64,000 nucleotides of DNA, taken from the IMG/VR virus record IMGVR_UViG_3300030102_006261, positions 32,001 through 96,000 of that record; one strand, given 5' to 3'. The notes beneath the pieces were generated by a model that saw only the letters and a program-made list of their open reading frames with translations, made no database searches and was not told the origin of the DNA. Below are positions 28,316 to 37,984 of this stretch, piece by piece. Position numbers and translations under genes: made by a program. The stretch's first letter is position 1; each line of letters starts with the position of its first letter. Source of the DNA: a virus.

Positions 28316-30031
28316 ATGTTAGTATTTAAAAGTGTTAAGTTTAAAAACTTTGGTTCCTTTGGTAATACGTTTACACACATAGACTTAAACAGACATAACA
28401 CCGTGCTAGTGTCTGGTAAAAATGGTCATGGTAAATCGTTTGCTTTGTTGGATTCTATAACATTTGGTTTGTTTGGTAAACCTTTTAGGAAAGTGAATAT
28501 TCCCCAGTTAACCAATAGTGTGAACCAAAAAGATTGTGTTGTGGAGGTGGAATTTGACACACCTAAACACTCTTACAAAGTTATTCGTGGTCTACAACCA
28601 AAAGTCTTTGAGATTTACAAAGACGGTGATCTGCTACCGCAAAATGCAAAGGCAAAAGATTATCAAAAAATTCTAGAGGAACAAATATTACGTATGAACT
28701 ATAAGTCGTTCATGCAGATTGTCATATTGGGTTCGTCATCGTTTGTTCCATTTATGCAACTGTCTAGTAATGACAGAAGAGAAGTTATTGAAGACATTCT
28801 AGATATTAAAATCTTTAGTGTGATGAACTCCTTACTAAAGGTTAAACTTTCACAGTTAAAGGAAAATTTGAATGAAATTGAAAACAAGATCACGATCTCA
28901 AAAGAAAAAATTGATCTACAAAAGAGTCATGTGCAAACCCTTGAAAATAAAAGTCAAGAGAGTCTCGATAAAAACAAAACCAAGTTACAGTCACTCATCG
29001 AAGAGGGTAAGGCTAAACAAGAAAATATTTCCGGGATATCAACTAAGATCGAGGAAATTCGCGAGAAAACTCCTAAAAAGGAGCAGTTCTTATCGAGCAT
29101 AAAGGGCATAGAGAGAACAGAAAATGAAGTCTCTGTTAGTCTTAAAAGGTTAAACAAAGACATCACTTTCTATACGTCGAATACTAATTGTCCATCTTGT
29201 AAGCAAGAAATTGATGAAGAGTTTAGACAAGAGACACTTGATAAAAAATCCAAAGAAAAAGAAAATCTTGAGTCTAGACTAGAGGGAATCGAGCAACTAC
29301 TAAAAGAAACATCTGAAAAAATAGAGTTTATAGACGATAGAGAAAAAGAGATTAGAACACAAGAAAATCTAATCCTAGAGCAGAAAAGCATGATAAAGTC
29401 TTTGTATTCTCAGATTCAATATATTGAACAAGAAATTTCTGATCTAGAGAATAATAGGGATAACATTGATGAAGAAAAAGATAAACTATATGGATTCTGT
29501 GAAACCCAAAGAAAAGCACTAGATGAAAAAGATTCTGTTTTAAACCAGAAGTATAATTATGACGTGGTTCATGATTTACTGAAAGACGCCGGAATCAAAT
29601 CAAAAATTATTAAGTATTATTTGCCTATAATTAATAAACTGATAAACAAGCATCTTTCTTCGATGAACTTTTTTGCTAATTTTACTTTAGATGAAGAGTT
29701 TAACGAAACAATCAAAAGTCGGCACAGAGACACATTTAGTTACATGAGTTTCAGTGAGGGTGAAAAACTTAGGATTGATTTGGCTTTAATTCTGTCTTGG
29801 AGAGAAATTGCAAAGCTCAAGAACAGTGCGAGTTGCAACCTATTGATTCTTGATGAAGTTTTTGACTCGTCACTTGATGCGATGGGAACAGATGATCTTA
29901 TGAAGCTACTTGATGATTTGTCCATAAATACAAATGTGTTTGTGATTAGTCATAAGTCAGATCAATTAGCAGACAAATTTTCTAATTACCTCACATTTGA
30001 AAAGAAAAACAACTTTAGTAGGATAAAGTAA
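28316..30031 (+). CDS. gp46: Recombination ATPase gp46 (Rad50/SbcC-like)
   Basis: G.NG.GKS Walker A, coiled coil with CPSC zinc hook, FSEGEK signature, LILDE, VISH. Confidence 0.95.
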   Translation: MLVFKSVKFKNFGSFGNTFTHIDLNRHNTVLVSGKNGHGKSFALLDSITFGLFGKPFRKVNIPQLTNSVNQKDCVVEVEFDTPKHSYKVIRGLQPKVFEIYKDGDLLPQNAKAKDYQKILEEQILRMNYKSFMQIVILGSSSFVPFMQLSSNDRREVIEDILDIKIFSVMNSLLKVKLSQLKENLNEIENKITISKEKIDLQKSHVQTLENKSQESLDKNKTKLQSLIEEGKAKQENISGISTKIEEIREKTPKKEQFLSSIKGIERTENEVSVSLKRLNKDITFYTSNTNCPSCKQEIDEEFRQETLDKKSKEKENLESRLEGIEQLLKETSEKIEFIDDREKEIRTQENLILEQKSMIKSLYSQIQYIEQEISDLENNRDNIDEEKDKLYGFCETQRKALDEKDSVLNQKYNYDVVHDLLKDAGIKSKIIKYYLPIINKLINKHLSSMNFFANFTLDEEFNETIKSRHRDTFSYMSFSEGEKLRIDLALILSWREIAKLKNSASCNLLILDEVFDSSLDAMGTDDLMKLLDDLSINTNVFVISHKSDQLADKFSNYLTFEKKNNFSRIK

Positions 30032-30792
30032 TGCCAAGTCTTTTTGATGATGATTTAGTGTCTGAACTTGCTAACTGGGAGGATCCATTTCCTGCTCCGA
30101 TAATTGAAGAGCACGATGGGTTTATGATTGTTCGCGATGATCTACTTAATGGTGGATCGAAAATGCGTTTTGCTGATTACTTAATTAAAAGTCAACCGGA
30201 GATAGAAGAATGGGTATATGGGAGTTCTCCCGCAACTGGGTACGCACAGATTTCACTTTCTTACTTGTGCCGCAAATATGGTAAGAAGTCAGTTATTTTT
30301 ATGGCAAATAGAGCGTGGGATAAATTACACAATTATCAAATAGAAGCATTAGAAGCTGGAGCAGATATGAGATTTGTTCCAAATGGGATGTTGTCAGTAA
30401 CAGAGAAAAGAGCAAGAGATTATGTACAAGAAAGTCCTAACACCCGTAGATTACTTCCTATTGGGTTCGATCATCCTAGTGTTATCGCTTCCGTTACTCG
30501 GGTTGCTCAGACCATGGACATTGCACCCAGAGAGGTTTGGACAGTTGGATCTTCCGGAACTCTCACTAGAGGATTGCAGCAAGCATGGCCAGATGCATCG
30601 TTCCATTGTGTTGCTGTGGGGCACAAAGGTGACTACGGAAGAGCCAAAGTTTACAAATGTGAAATCCCATTCAATAAGGAAACAAAAGTAAAGCCTCCCT
30701 TTCCATCGGCACCAACGTATGATGCAAAGGCTTGGGAGTTCATGAAGCAATACGCTTCTAAGGGTGCTTTGTTTTGGAATGTCGGTGCTTGA
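30031..30792 (+). CDS. PLP-dependent enzyme, fold type II (ACC deaminase/D-cysteine desulfhydrase-like)
   Basis: RDDLL.GGSK.R (Schiff-base Lys), GSSGT..RGL phosphate loop, PTYDAKAW, LFWNVG; TAATG coupling to gp46. Confidence 0.75.
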   Translation: MPSLFDDDLVSELANWEDPFPAPIIEEHDGFMIVRDDLLNGGSKMRFADYLIKSQPEIEEWVYGSSPATGYAQISLSYLCRKYGKKSVIFMANRAWDKLHNYQIEALEAGADMRFVPNGMLSVTEKRARDYVQESPNTRRLLPIGFDHPSVIASVTRVAQTMDIAPREVWTVGSSGTLTRGLQQAWPDASFHCVAVGHKGDYGRAKVYKCEIPFNKETKVKPPFPSAPTYDAKAWEFMKQYASKGALFWNVGA

Positions 30793-30816
30793 CAATAAAG
30801 TTTAAGTTGATATAAT
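30789..30816 (+). promoter_or_regulatory. Consensus sigma70 promoter with extended -10
   Basis: TTGACA-N16-TATAAT with TGn before the -10; ATG follows 8 nt later. Confidence 0.8.
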
Positions 30817-30824
30817 ACACTGTC

Positions 30825-32405
30825 ATGAAAAAGTTCTACGAAAGAAATGATTATGTAATTAATAGTGACGTGAATGTGTTGTTCGAAGAACTTCTGTCTA
30901 TGACAGTTTCCGAGTTCGAGGAGTGGGTTATCCGTATGCGGAGAGAGATAACGTATGCGTGGGATACATACGGATGCCCTCCTCGAACTGGGAAAAATAA
31001 AAATGACATACTTGATTCCTTTAACAAATTAGCAGAGTATCCAGTTCATCTATTCACTAAAACAGATGAACTTTCTGACATCGATGATGATGTTATCACA
31101 AACAAATCTCGTGCTGGTGTTGAGGTTGATCAATGGTTTTCTAATATGTTTAAAACGAGAATTAATTATAATGAAAAAGATGAAGGATATTCTATTTACG
31201 ATTTGGTTGCTAATCCTGATTATCTCGGGCGTGTTATACGTGGTGCTTCTAGGCACTTACGACGGGATTCATTTTATAGTCACGCGCTATCTGCAATCAA
31301 ACACAGTAAAAAATACTCCATCATTGACGTTTCATCCGGAGAAGAGTGGATAAAGGCTTACTTTAAAAACCCTGATGTGTTTAGAGGGTATGACTTCATG
31401 ATAGAAGAGGTAAAGCTCAGGGATGGGTTGAACACTAGTTACTTTCAGCTTGAGCAGTCTGATATACTACAATTAACAAAAGATCAAATGAATGAGTGGA
31501 AAGATTTACTCTCATACAGACATCACTCTACATTTGATATAGAGGATATGTCTGATGAAAAACTTTATGCCATCAGAATATACAAAAAGGGAAATCGGAT
31601 ATTTCCTTCTGGCTTTAAGTGTTTTAGAATTGGTTATATACAGCCTGCTGTTAACTTTCCTCCTATGACGGCTAAATACCTTTATGAGAGGTTTACCAAT
31701 GACATTAAATCACAGGAAACAATTAAAATCTTTGACCCGAGTTCAGGCTGGGGTGGTAGAATTCTTGGGGCTATGTCTTGTCGTGATGATAGGAATATTC
31801 TTTACATTGGCACTGATCCCAATCCTGACAATTTCTATGCTGATGGCACTTCTAAATATTCTTCTGTTGCCGATTTTTATAATACGGAAACGTATCGCGG
31901 CAATCCCTTCTTCAGTTCAACAAATAATTACGAGCTATACCAGCTAGGATCTGAGGAAATACACAAGGATGAAAGCTTTCAAAAACATCGGGGATCGATT
32001 GATTTGGTATTTACTTCACCTCCTTATTTTAACAGAGAGGCGTATAGTGAGGATGAGAATCAGTCTTACAAAAAGTATGGCTCGTCGTATGAATCATGGA
32101 GAGACGGATTTCTTCGTCCTACCCTAAAGAATTGTGTTGACTGGCTTAAGTCTGAACGTTATCTTTTATGGAATGTAGCGGACATAAAAGTCAAAGATAG
32201 CTATCTTCCCTTGGAAAAAGATTCTAGAAATATTCTAGAAGAATATGGGATGGTATATAAATATACACTGAAAATGGCAATGGAATCTATGCCCGGTCAA
32301 AATAGGTTAGATGAGAATGGAATCCCTAAGTGTAAAAACTTTTGTAAAGTAGATGGACGTTACCTTAAGTATGAACCCGTATTTGTTTTTTGGAAACCAA
32401 AATGA
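30825..32405 (+). CDS. DNA amino-methyltransferase-like protein (m4C/m6A type)
   Basis: SAM-binding FDPSSGWGGR followed by catalytic DLVFTSPPYF; long N-terminal extension. Confidence 0.75.
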   Translation: MKKFYERNDYVINSDVNVLFEELLSMTVSEFEEWVIRMRREITYAWDTYGCPPRTGKNKNDILDSFNKLAEYPVHLFTKTDELSDIDDDVITNKSRAGVEVDQWFSNMFKTRINYNEKDEGYSIYDLVANPDYLGRVIRGASRHLRRDSFYSHALSAIKHSKKYSIIDVSSGEEWIKAYFKNPDVFRGYDFMIEEVKLRDGLNTSYFQLEQSDILQLTKDQMNEWKDLLSYRHHSTFDIEDMSDEKLYAIRIYKKGNRIFPSGFKCFRIGYIQPAVNFPPMTAKYLYERFTNDIKSQETIKIFDPSSGWGGRILGAMSCRDDRNILYIGTDPNPDNFYADGTSKYSSVADFYNTETYRGNPFFSSTNNYELYQLGSEEIHKDESFQKHRGSIDLVFTSPPYFNREAYSEDENQSYKKYGSSYESWRDGFLRPTLKNCVDWLKSERYLLWNVADIKVKDSYLPLEKDSRNILEEYGMVYKYTLKMAMESMPGQNRLDENGIPKCKNFCKVDGRYLKYEPVFVFWKPK

Positions 32406-33082
32406 TATCTGAAACTGCATGTACTCTTGAAAATTGGATTGATGAATATATCACTGCTCTCCAGACAAATAGTAATGTTGTTCGAAAAAATGTAAAGAGT
32501 TTGATAAAAACTAATCGTGTAAAGCCGCGAGAGGCTAAAAAAATATCTGATCACTTTCGTCGTCTTTTGGACGAGGTCAATTGTGTTCTACATAATGATG
32601 ACGAAGATTTAGCTGAGGGATGGTCTTATTTGAACCACACCAAACTAAAACGACTTCAGGGGTATTTGGAAACTATCGTCGATGAGTTTGCAATCGCTGG
32701 AACCATCAAACGTAAAAAGAAGAAAATTTCTCCAGATAAACTTGTTAGATCACTTAAGTATCTACCCAGTTTTAATTCAATGTCTAGTGTAGATCCAATC
32801 GGTGTGATCGGTGCAAAGGGAGTTCTTTTGTATAATGTAAAACAAAAGAAAATATCTCTATATGAATCAAAAACCGGTCTTTCGATTAAAGGAAGCACTC
32901 TACAGAATTTTGATTCTGGTGATGTAAAAAGTTGTGGACGCAAAGATACTAAATGGTTAAATCTTTTAACAACTTGCACTGTGATGAGAATGAAAAAAGA
33001 GATAAATACTTTGAGGGCTAAGACACAGGAGCCTACCGGCAGGATAAATAAAGACACACTAATCTTAAGAATCATAAGATGA
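32402..33082 (+). CDS. Conserved T4-like hypothetical protein
   Basis: LKY...S..P...IGA.....YN.K.K....Y....GL.IKG.TL..FD and GRIN....IL motifs recognised from marine T4-likes; ATGA overlaps at both ends. Confidence 0.6.
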   Translation: MISETACTLENWIDEYITALQTNSNVVRKNVKSLIKTNRVKPREAKKISDHFRRLLDEVNCVLHNDDEDLAEGWSYLNHTKLKRLQGYLETIVDEFAIAGTIKRKKKKISPDKLVRSLKYLPSFNSMSSVDPIGVIGAKGVLLYNVKQKKISLYESKTGLSIKGSTLQNFDSGDVKSCGRKDTKWLNLLTTCTVMRMKKEINTLRAKTQEPTGRINKDTLILRIIR

Positions 33083-33417
33083 ACTACACCACAATTAAAA
33101 AAATCTCTAATTTTGATGCAATATCCTTTAGGGGTGATTTTAAAATGAACAACACAAAAGGATCTCCTACGATTTACTCTCGTGGTGATGTGGTTCTTTA
33201 CGAGGGTAAAACTTTCATAGCAAACGAGACTGTTTTTGGAGTATATCCTACGTTCGACAAAGAACAAAGATGGTACTGTTTAGCTGGAAGTGCAGTTTAT
33301 GTGCAAAGTGATGTTCCTCCATCAGCCAAAAATGGAGATGAGTGGTTCAATTCATCGAGCGGTAGATTATACCGATACCTACAAGATGCCTCGGGGGAGC
33401 AGTGGGTAGAAATTTAG
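33079..33417 (+). CDS. Small protein with a CBM5/12-like motif and a fibre-type C-terminal module
   Basis: YSRGDVVLYEGKTFIA; C-terminal P....GDEWFN...G.L......QWVEI. Confidence 0.55.
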   Translation: MNYTTIKKISNFDAISFRGDFKMNNTKGSPTIYSRGDVVLYEGKTFIANETVFGVYPTFDKEQRWYCLAGSAVYVQSDVPPSAKNGDEWFNSSSGRLYRYLQDASGEQWVEI

Positions 33418-33427
33418 CAAAAGGATT

Positions 33428-33455
33428 TTGACTTGACTAGTAAAAATGATAAAAT
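33428..33455 (+). promoter_or_regulatory. Sigma70-type promoter upstream of the clamp operon
   Basis: TTGACT-N16-TAAAAT with extended TGn. Confidence 0.55.
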
Positions 33456-33627
33456 AAGTGATCATAATCATGGTGATTATGAACAATATGATTATTCTGA
33501 TATCAGAAAACAAAGAAACAAAAAGAGAAACAAAAAAAGACGACATCGATCTAAGGATATACTTAGAGATGTAAAGAATGGAAATATAGATTATGACTCA
33601 TTTGAAGAATGGAGCGAATTTCAATGA
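33433..33627 (+). CDS. Small basic hypothetical protein
   Basis: AAGGA SD before a TTG start; stop overlaps the gp45 ATG; start uncertain because it overlaps the promoter. Confidence 0.45.
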   Translation: MTSKNDKISDHNHGDYEQYDYSDIRKQRNKKRNKKRRHRSKDILRDVKNGNIDYDSFEEWSEFQ

Positions 33628-34295
33628 AACTCTCTAAGGGGACTCTCTCAGTCCTGAAAAATTATTCGTCAATCAACACGAATATTCTTGTTCATCCGGG
33701 ATCTAAAATTTCAACTATTACACCAGCGAAGAATTTACTTTCTGAGGCAGTGGTTGAAGAGGATTTCCCAGTTCAATTCGGTATCTGGGATCTACCTAAG
33801 TTTCTGGGTACAGTATCCTTGTTTCAAGATCCTGATTTTTCATTTCATGATAAGTATGTTCTAATTAAAAGTTCAACGGGATCATGTGTTAAGTATTACT
33901 ACTCGGAACCATCATTGCTTACTGTTCCTACTAAAAAGCTGGATATGCCCACCGCTGTTGTCAACTTTAAGCTAACAGAGTCTGTGTTCAACGAAATTCT
34001 TCGCTCCGCATCTGTTCTGCAACTGCCTGACTTGGCGATTAGATCCAGTTCGGGTAGAGTGTTTGCTGTTGTTTTTGACAAGAGTGAACCAACCAGCAAT
34101 GATTATTCAATTGATTTGGGTGAGCATAATGGAACTAGTGAATTTGATTTTCACTTCAAGATTGAAAATCTCAAGTTCCTCCCCGGTGAATATGAAGTTG
34201 GTATTAGTAATAAGGTGGTTAGTCAGTTTAAGAATGTGAGTAATTCAGTAACATACTGGGTTGCATTGGAATCAACTAGCACTTATAGTGAGTAA
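33624..34295 (+). CDS. gp45: Sliding clamp gp45
   Basis: MKLS..T..VLKN.S.IN.N, F.IWDL..FL, K.ENLK.LPG.Y.V, Y.VALE; GGAG SD places the start at 33624. Confidence 0.93.
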   Translation: MKLSKGTLSVLKNYSSINTNILVHPGSKISTITPAKNLLSEAVVEEDFPVQFGIWDLPKFLGTVSLFQDPDFSFHDKYVLIKSSTGSCVKYYYSEPSLLTVPTKKLDMPTAVVNFKLTESVFNEILRSASVLQLPDLAIRSSSGRVFAVVFDKSEPTSNDYSIDLGEHNGTSEFDFHFKIENLKFLPGEYEVGISNKVVSQFKNVSNSVTYWVALESTSTYSE

Positions 34296-34301
34296 TAGAA
34301 A

Positions 34302-35234
34302 ATGACTGGTCTCTTTGTTGAAAAGTATCGTCCAGCGACGATCAATGATTGTATATTGCCTGACTCACTTAAGAAAACTTTTAATGATATCGTTAAGAGT
34401 GGTGAGTGTCAGAACCTTCTTTTGACTGGGGGCGCAGGGTGCGGAAAGACTAGCGTGTCTCGCGCTCTTTGTAATGAGCTAGAAGCAGACTACATTCTAA
34501 TTAACTGTTCGGAGGATGGTAACATAGACACTCTCAGAACTAAGATTAGAACGTTTGCAAGCACAGTTTCAATTAGTGGTGGTAAGAAGATCGTAATTCT
34601 AGATGAGTTTGATTACAGTAACGCACAAAGTATTCAACCTGCTCTTCGTGGTGCTATTGAGGAGTTTGCTGATAATTGTAGATTCATTATCACTTGCAAC
34701 TACAAGAACAGAATTATCTCACCAATTCACTCTAGATGTACGAACATCGAGTTTATTATCCCGTCTGATGAAAAGCCAGCACTCGCTGCTCAATTCATGG
34801 AGAGAGTCAAATACATACTCGGTGAGGAAGGGATTCGATACGAGGACTCCGTTCTCGCTCAGTTGATAACCAAATATTTTCCTGATTTTCGGCGAGTTCT
34901 TAATGAGCTACAGCGGTATTCGGTTGCCGGAATTATTGACGTTGGAATTTTATCTCAGGTTGGTGAACTACAAGTTAAGGAACTTGTCTCTTCAATGAAA
35001 GAGAAAAATTTCACGGAGGCTAGGAAATGGGTAGTGTCTAATTTAGACAACTCCCAAACAGAATTGTTCCGAAAAATATATGATGGGTTATATAAGTACA
35101 TGGAGTCATCATCTATTCCGCAAGCGATTCTTATCCTAGCCGATTATCAACACAAAGCTGCCTTTGTTGCAGATCAAGAAATTAACCTAACGGCGTGTAT
35201 CGTCGAACTTATGATGGAGTGTGAATTTAAATGA
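34302..35234 (+). CDS. gp44: Clamp loader large subunit gp44 (AAA+)
   Basis: VEKYRP, G.AG.GKT, IILDE.D, Q.ALR..IE, SRC, FPDFRR.LNELQRY. Confidence 0.95.
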   Translation: MTGLFVEKYRPATINDCILPDSLKKTFNDIVKSGECQNLLLTGGAGCGKTSVSRALCNELEADYILINCSEDGNIDTLRTKIRTFASTVSISGGKKIVILDEFDYSNAQSIQPALRGAIEEFADNCRFIITCNYKNRIISPIHSRCTNIEFIIPSDEKPALAAQFMERVKYILGEEGIRYEDSVLAQLITKYFPDFRRVLNELQRYSVAGIIDVGILSQVGELQVKELVSSMKEKNFTEARKWVVSNLDNSQTELFRKIYDGLYKYMESSSIPQAILILADYQHKAAFVADQEINLTACIVELMMECEFK

Positions 35235-35527
35235 GAGTGATACCCACAGGAGATTATATTGCAATCGCACCATGGAGTCCCCCAAGCACTACTGCTGAGG
35301 GAATTCATTACACCCCCAGAGAGAATCCTCGGATTGGTAAAGGTATTGTTGTCGGGATTGGACCTGGTGCTATGACATCACGGGGGTGGATTTATGAGCA
35401 CGACCTTAAGGTTGGTGATTGTGTCCTCTATGATAAAAGTGACGGATTCAATGTTGTCACTGGTAATGCGATGATTGATGTGAGAAATATCGTAGCAGTT
35501 ATTGATGAGAGTATAGAAATAGAATGA
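35231..35527 (+). CDS. groES: Co-chaperonin GroES-like protein
   Basis: P.GD.I.I, T.EGI mobile loop, G.VV..GPG, LKVGD.VLY, I.AVI. Confidence 0.75.
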   Translation: MRVIPTGDYIAIAPWSPPSTTAEGIHYTPRENPRIGKGIVVGIGPGAMTSRGWIYEHDLKVGDCVLYDKSDGFNVVTGNAMIDVRNIVAVIDESIEIE

Positions 35528-35913
35528 AGCTATCAGATTATCTCAACTCCATCAATTACACAAAACAAGATCTATTTGACACAGAGGATCACACTGTAGA
35601 AAAGGAGTATGTTCCTTTTGTTACGAATAGGTGTCTATCGTATTTTCCGGATACTATTCTGTATGTCAATCAGATGAATAAATATTGCTCTTTGGATAAA
35701 AAGATGCAGTTTGATTACCTTCGCATGTCAATCAGAAAGCGAAAGCGGTTTAGTAAGTGGTTGAAAAGGGAATCCGTGGAGAATCTTGAGTTAATCAAGA
35801 CTTATTTCAACTACTCGGATACTAAAGCCAGAGAGGCATTGGAAATTCTATCACCCGAAGATGTGGAGAAAATTAGGCAAATGAGTTACCAAGGGGGTAA
35901 AAATCCTATATAA
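35524..35913 (+). CDS. gp62: Clamp loader small subunit gp62
   Basis: DYLNSIN..K, Y.PF..NR.LS.F.DT, Q.DY....IRKRKRFSKW, Y.YS..KA.EAL. Confidence 0.92.
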   Translation: MKLSDYLNSINYTKQDLFDTEDHTVEKEYVPFVTNRCLSYFPDTILYVNQMNKYCSLDKKMQFDYLRMSIRKRKRFSKWLKRESVENLELIKTYFNYSDTKAREALEILSPEDVEKIRQMSYQGGKNPI

Positions 35914-35916
35914 GTA
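35909..35916 (+). promoter_or_regulatory. Possible late promoter variant upstream of regA and the glycan island
   Basis: TATAAGTA (1 mismatch) at the gp62 stop. Confidence 0.3.
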
Positions 35917-35945
35917 AGCTACATTCTTTTTTATGAGGAGTTAGG

Positions 35946-36353
35946 ATGTGTGATGAAGATGACATTTTTCAAGGTTTAGGGATAGAGATCGCCCTAAAAG
36001 AAAAAGATGATTTCCTTAAGATAAGAGAAACTTTAACTAGAATTGGTGTTTCTTCTAGAAAAGAGAACAAGCTTTTTCAGTCTTGTCATATTCTTCATAA
36101 GCGTGGTAGATATGCCATTATGCACTTTAAAGAGCTTTTTGTTCTTGACGGGCTTGAAAGTGATATTTCAGACGCAGACATAAAAAGAAGAAACACCATA
36201 GTCAATCTTTTGTTAGAATGGGGCCTAATAGAGACCGATGAAGAGGATTTGTTCAAGGAAAATCTAGGAAGTCTCGCTCAGATAAAAATTATTTCTCATA
36301 AAGACAAGTCAGACTGGGAACTGATACCTAAATACCATATCGGAAAAAAGTGA
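35946..36353 (+). CDS. regA: Translational repressor RegA
   Basis: DDFLK.RETLTRIG..S, L.QSCHILHK.G.Y.I.HFKELF.LDG, RRN.I..LL..WGL, W.L..KY.IG. Confidence 0.96.
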   Translation: MCDEDDIFQGLGIEIALKEKDDFLKIRETLTRIGVSSRKENKLFQSCHILHKRGRYAIMHFKELFVLDGLESDISDADIKRRNTIVNLLLEWGLIETDEEDLFKENLGSLAQIKIISHKDKSDWELIPKYHIGKK

Positions 36354-36381
36354 CTAACTATTAAAATGGAGAATTTACATC

Positions 36382-37182
36382 ATGAAAGATAATCTGATAA
36401 CTGAAAAACCAAAACTACTAATCAAAGCTCCTACTAGAGCAAGACCAGATAAATTCAAAGAGGTGTTGCAAAAGTATGTTGACTACCTGTCCAATAAATA
36501 CCCTGTTCGTTTTGTAATCACATGTGATACTGATGATGAGACAATGAACAACCAAGAAATGCGTGGTTGGATGGATCAGCTTGCGGATAAATTAAAGGAA
36601 AAAAATCATTCTTTGGTTTACCACTTTGGTGACTCTAAAAATAAAATTGAAGCAGTCAATGCCAATATGGAAAATGAAGAGTTCGACGTTCTACTTCTTT
36701 TTTCTGATGATATGATACCAAAGGTTGTTGATTATGATGAGATTATCGTTAGGAGCATGGAGTATATTTTCCCTGAAGGTGGCGGTGCCTTGAATTTCAA
36801 TGATGGTTACAGAAGAGACTGGCCAGCACTCATGACACTAACTGTTATGCATTATGATCTGTACAAAAAATTTGGATATATCTATAGTCCAGAGTACATT
36901 TCCTTGTGGGCGGACAATGAGCAAACACTAGCATGTAGAATGATGGGTAAATTGGCTGATGTTAATCTTTGTATCATTAGACATGAATGGGTGCCAGGTA
37001 ATGATCCATCCGCTGATGAGTTGCACATTAGAAACGAAGATCCTGCCATGTATGAGCATGATGAGAAGATTTTCAAAAATAGAATGCAGAGAGATTTTGA
37101 TATTAAAAAGGAAGATCTTAAATTTAAATTAACGATAAATGACAAAAATCAGTTTACCATGGAAACAGTCGGTAATGATTAA
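36382..37182 (+). CDS. Glycosyltransferase, GT-A/GT2-like
   Basis: PTR.RP, K..A.N, SDDM (DxD-like), Y.S.WADNE, IRHEW. Confidence 0.7.
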   Translation: MKDNLITEKPKLLIKAPTRARPDKFKEVLQKYVDYLSNKYPVRFVITCDTDDETMNNQEMRGWMDQLADKLKEKNHSLVYHFGDSKNKIEAVNANMENEEFDVLLLFSDDMIPKVVDYDEIIVRSMEYIFPEGGGALNFNDGYRRDWPALMTLTVMHYDLYKKFGYIYSPEYISLWADNEQTLACRMMGKLADVNLCIIRHEWVPGNDPSADELHIRNEDPAMYEHDEKIFKNRMQRDFDIKKEDLKFKLTINDKNQFTMETVGND

Positions 37183-37984
37183 ATATCTTTTATATACAAA
37201 CACAGGTGCTAGTGATATGGCACTTAACTGTGTGTATAGTATGATTAAATCGGGTATAGAAAAAAATGACATTCTGTTATACACGATTGATACTGACACA
37301 GAAAATAAATTCAAAGATCATAATATAAATGTCACTAAATTGGACGCATCAGAATCTATTGGTGAGTCTAATTTGTTTGCTGACAGTAAATATCAGGACT
37401 GGAACACAAAGGGCTTTCACAGAGTTGTTCACTACAAAATAAAGTCAATTATTGATGCTTTGTCTACAGGTGATGATATTTTTTACTTGGATACTGATAA
37501 CGTTGTATTTAAAGATCCTAGAGAGTTTGTAGAATCTGTTGACTCAGACATAGTTATTCAAGATGATTCTGATATCCATGGTAGATGGAAAAGTCTGTGT
37601 ACCGGAGTTGTTTTTATTAAATCAAACGAAAAGACTAAACTGTTCTATGAGAAGTGCTTGGACTTACATATGAAAAACATAGAACTAGACAAGTCAACTG
37701 GAGATCAGGCGGCATTCAATCAAGTGTTAGTGGAGAAACACAGACATGGATTAAGTGATTTGATTGTCTCGGTTTTTCCACATGAAATATTCCCAAACGG
37801 TCAAATTTACTTTGAGTCATCTGTAGACAAAGAAAACATGTATCTTTTCCACAATAATCATATTAGTGGACTGGAGGCAAAAGTAGAGAGATTCAAAGAC
37901 AATGGTTATTGGTATGTTGACTGTGATAATTTTTATAATGTATTGAGTGGAAAAATCTGTGGACAAACTCAAATTACACCTTGA
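37175..37984 (+). CDS. Nucleotide-diphospho-sugar transferase (GT77-like)
   Basis: YLDTD.V...DP, C.G..F, DQ.AFN, FPNG..YF, HNN...G...K..R.K..G.W. Confidence 0.75.
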   Translation: MIKYLLYTNTGASDMALNCVYSMIKSGIEKNDILLYTIDTDTENKFKDHNINVTKLDASESIGESNLFADSKYQDWNTKGFHRVVHYKIKSIIDALSTGDDIFYLDTDNVVFKDPREFVESVDSDIVIQDDSDIHGRWKSLCTGVVFIKSNEKTKLFYEKCLDLHMKNIELDKSTGDQAAFNQVLVEKHRHGLSDLIVSVFPHEIFPNGQIYFESSVDKENMYLFHNNHISGLEAKVERFKDNGYWYVDCDNFYNVLSGKICGQTQITP

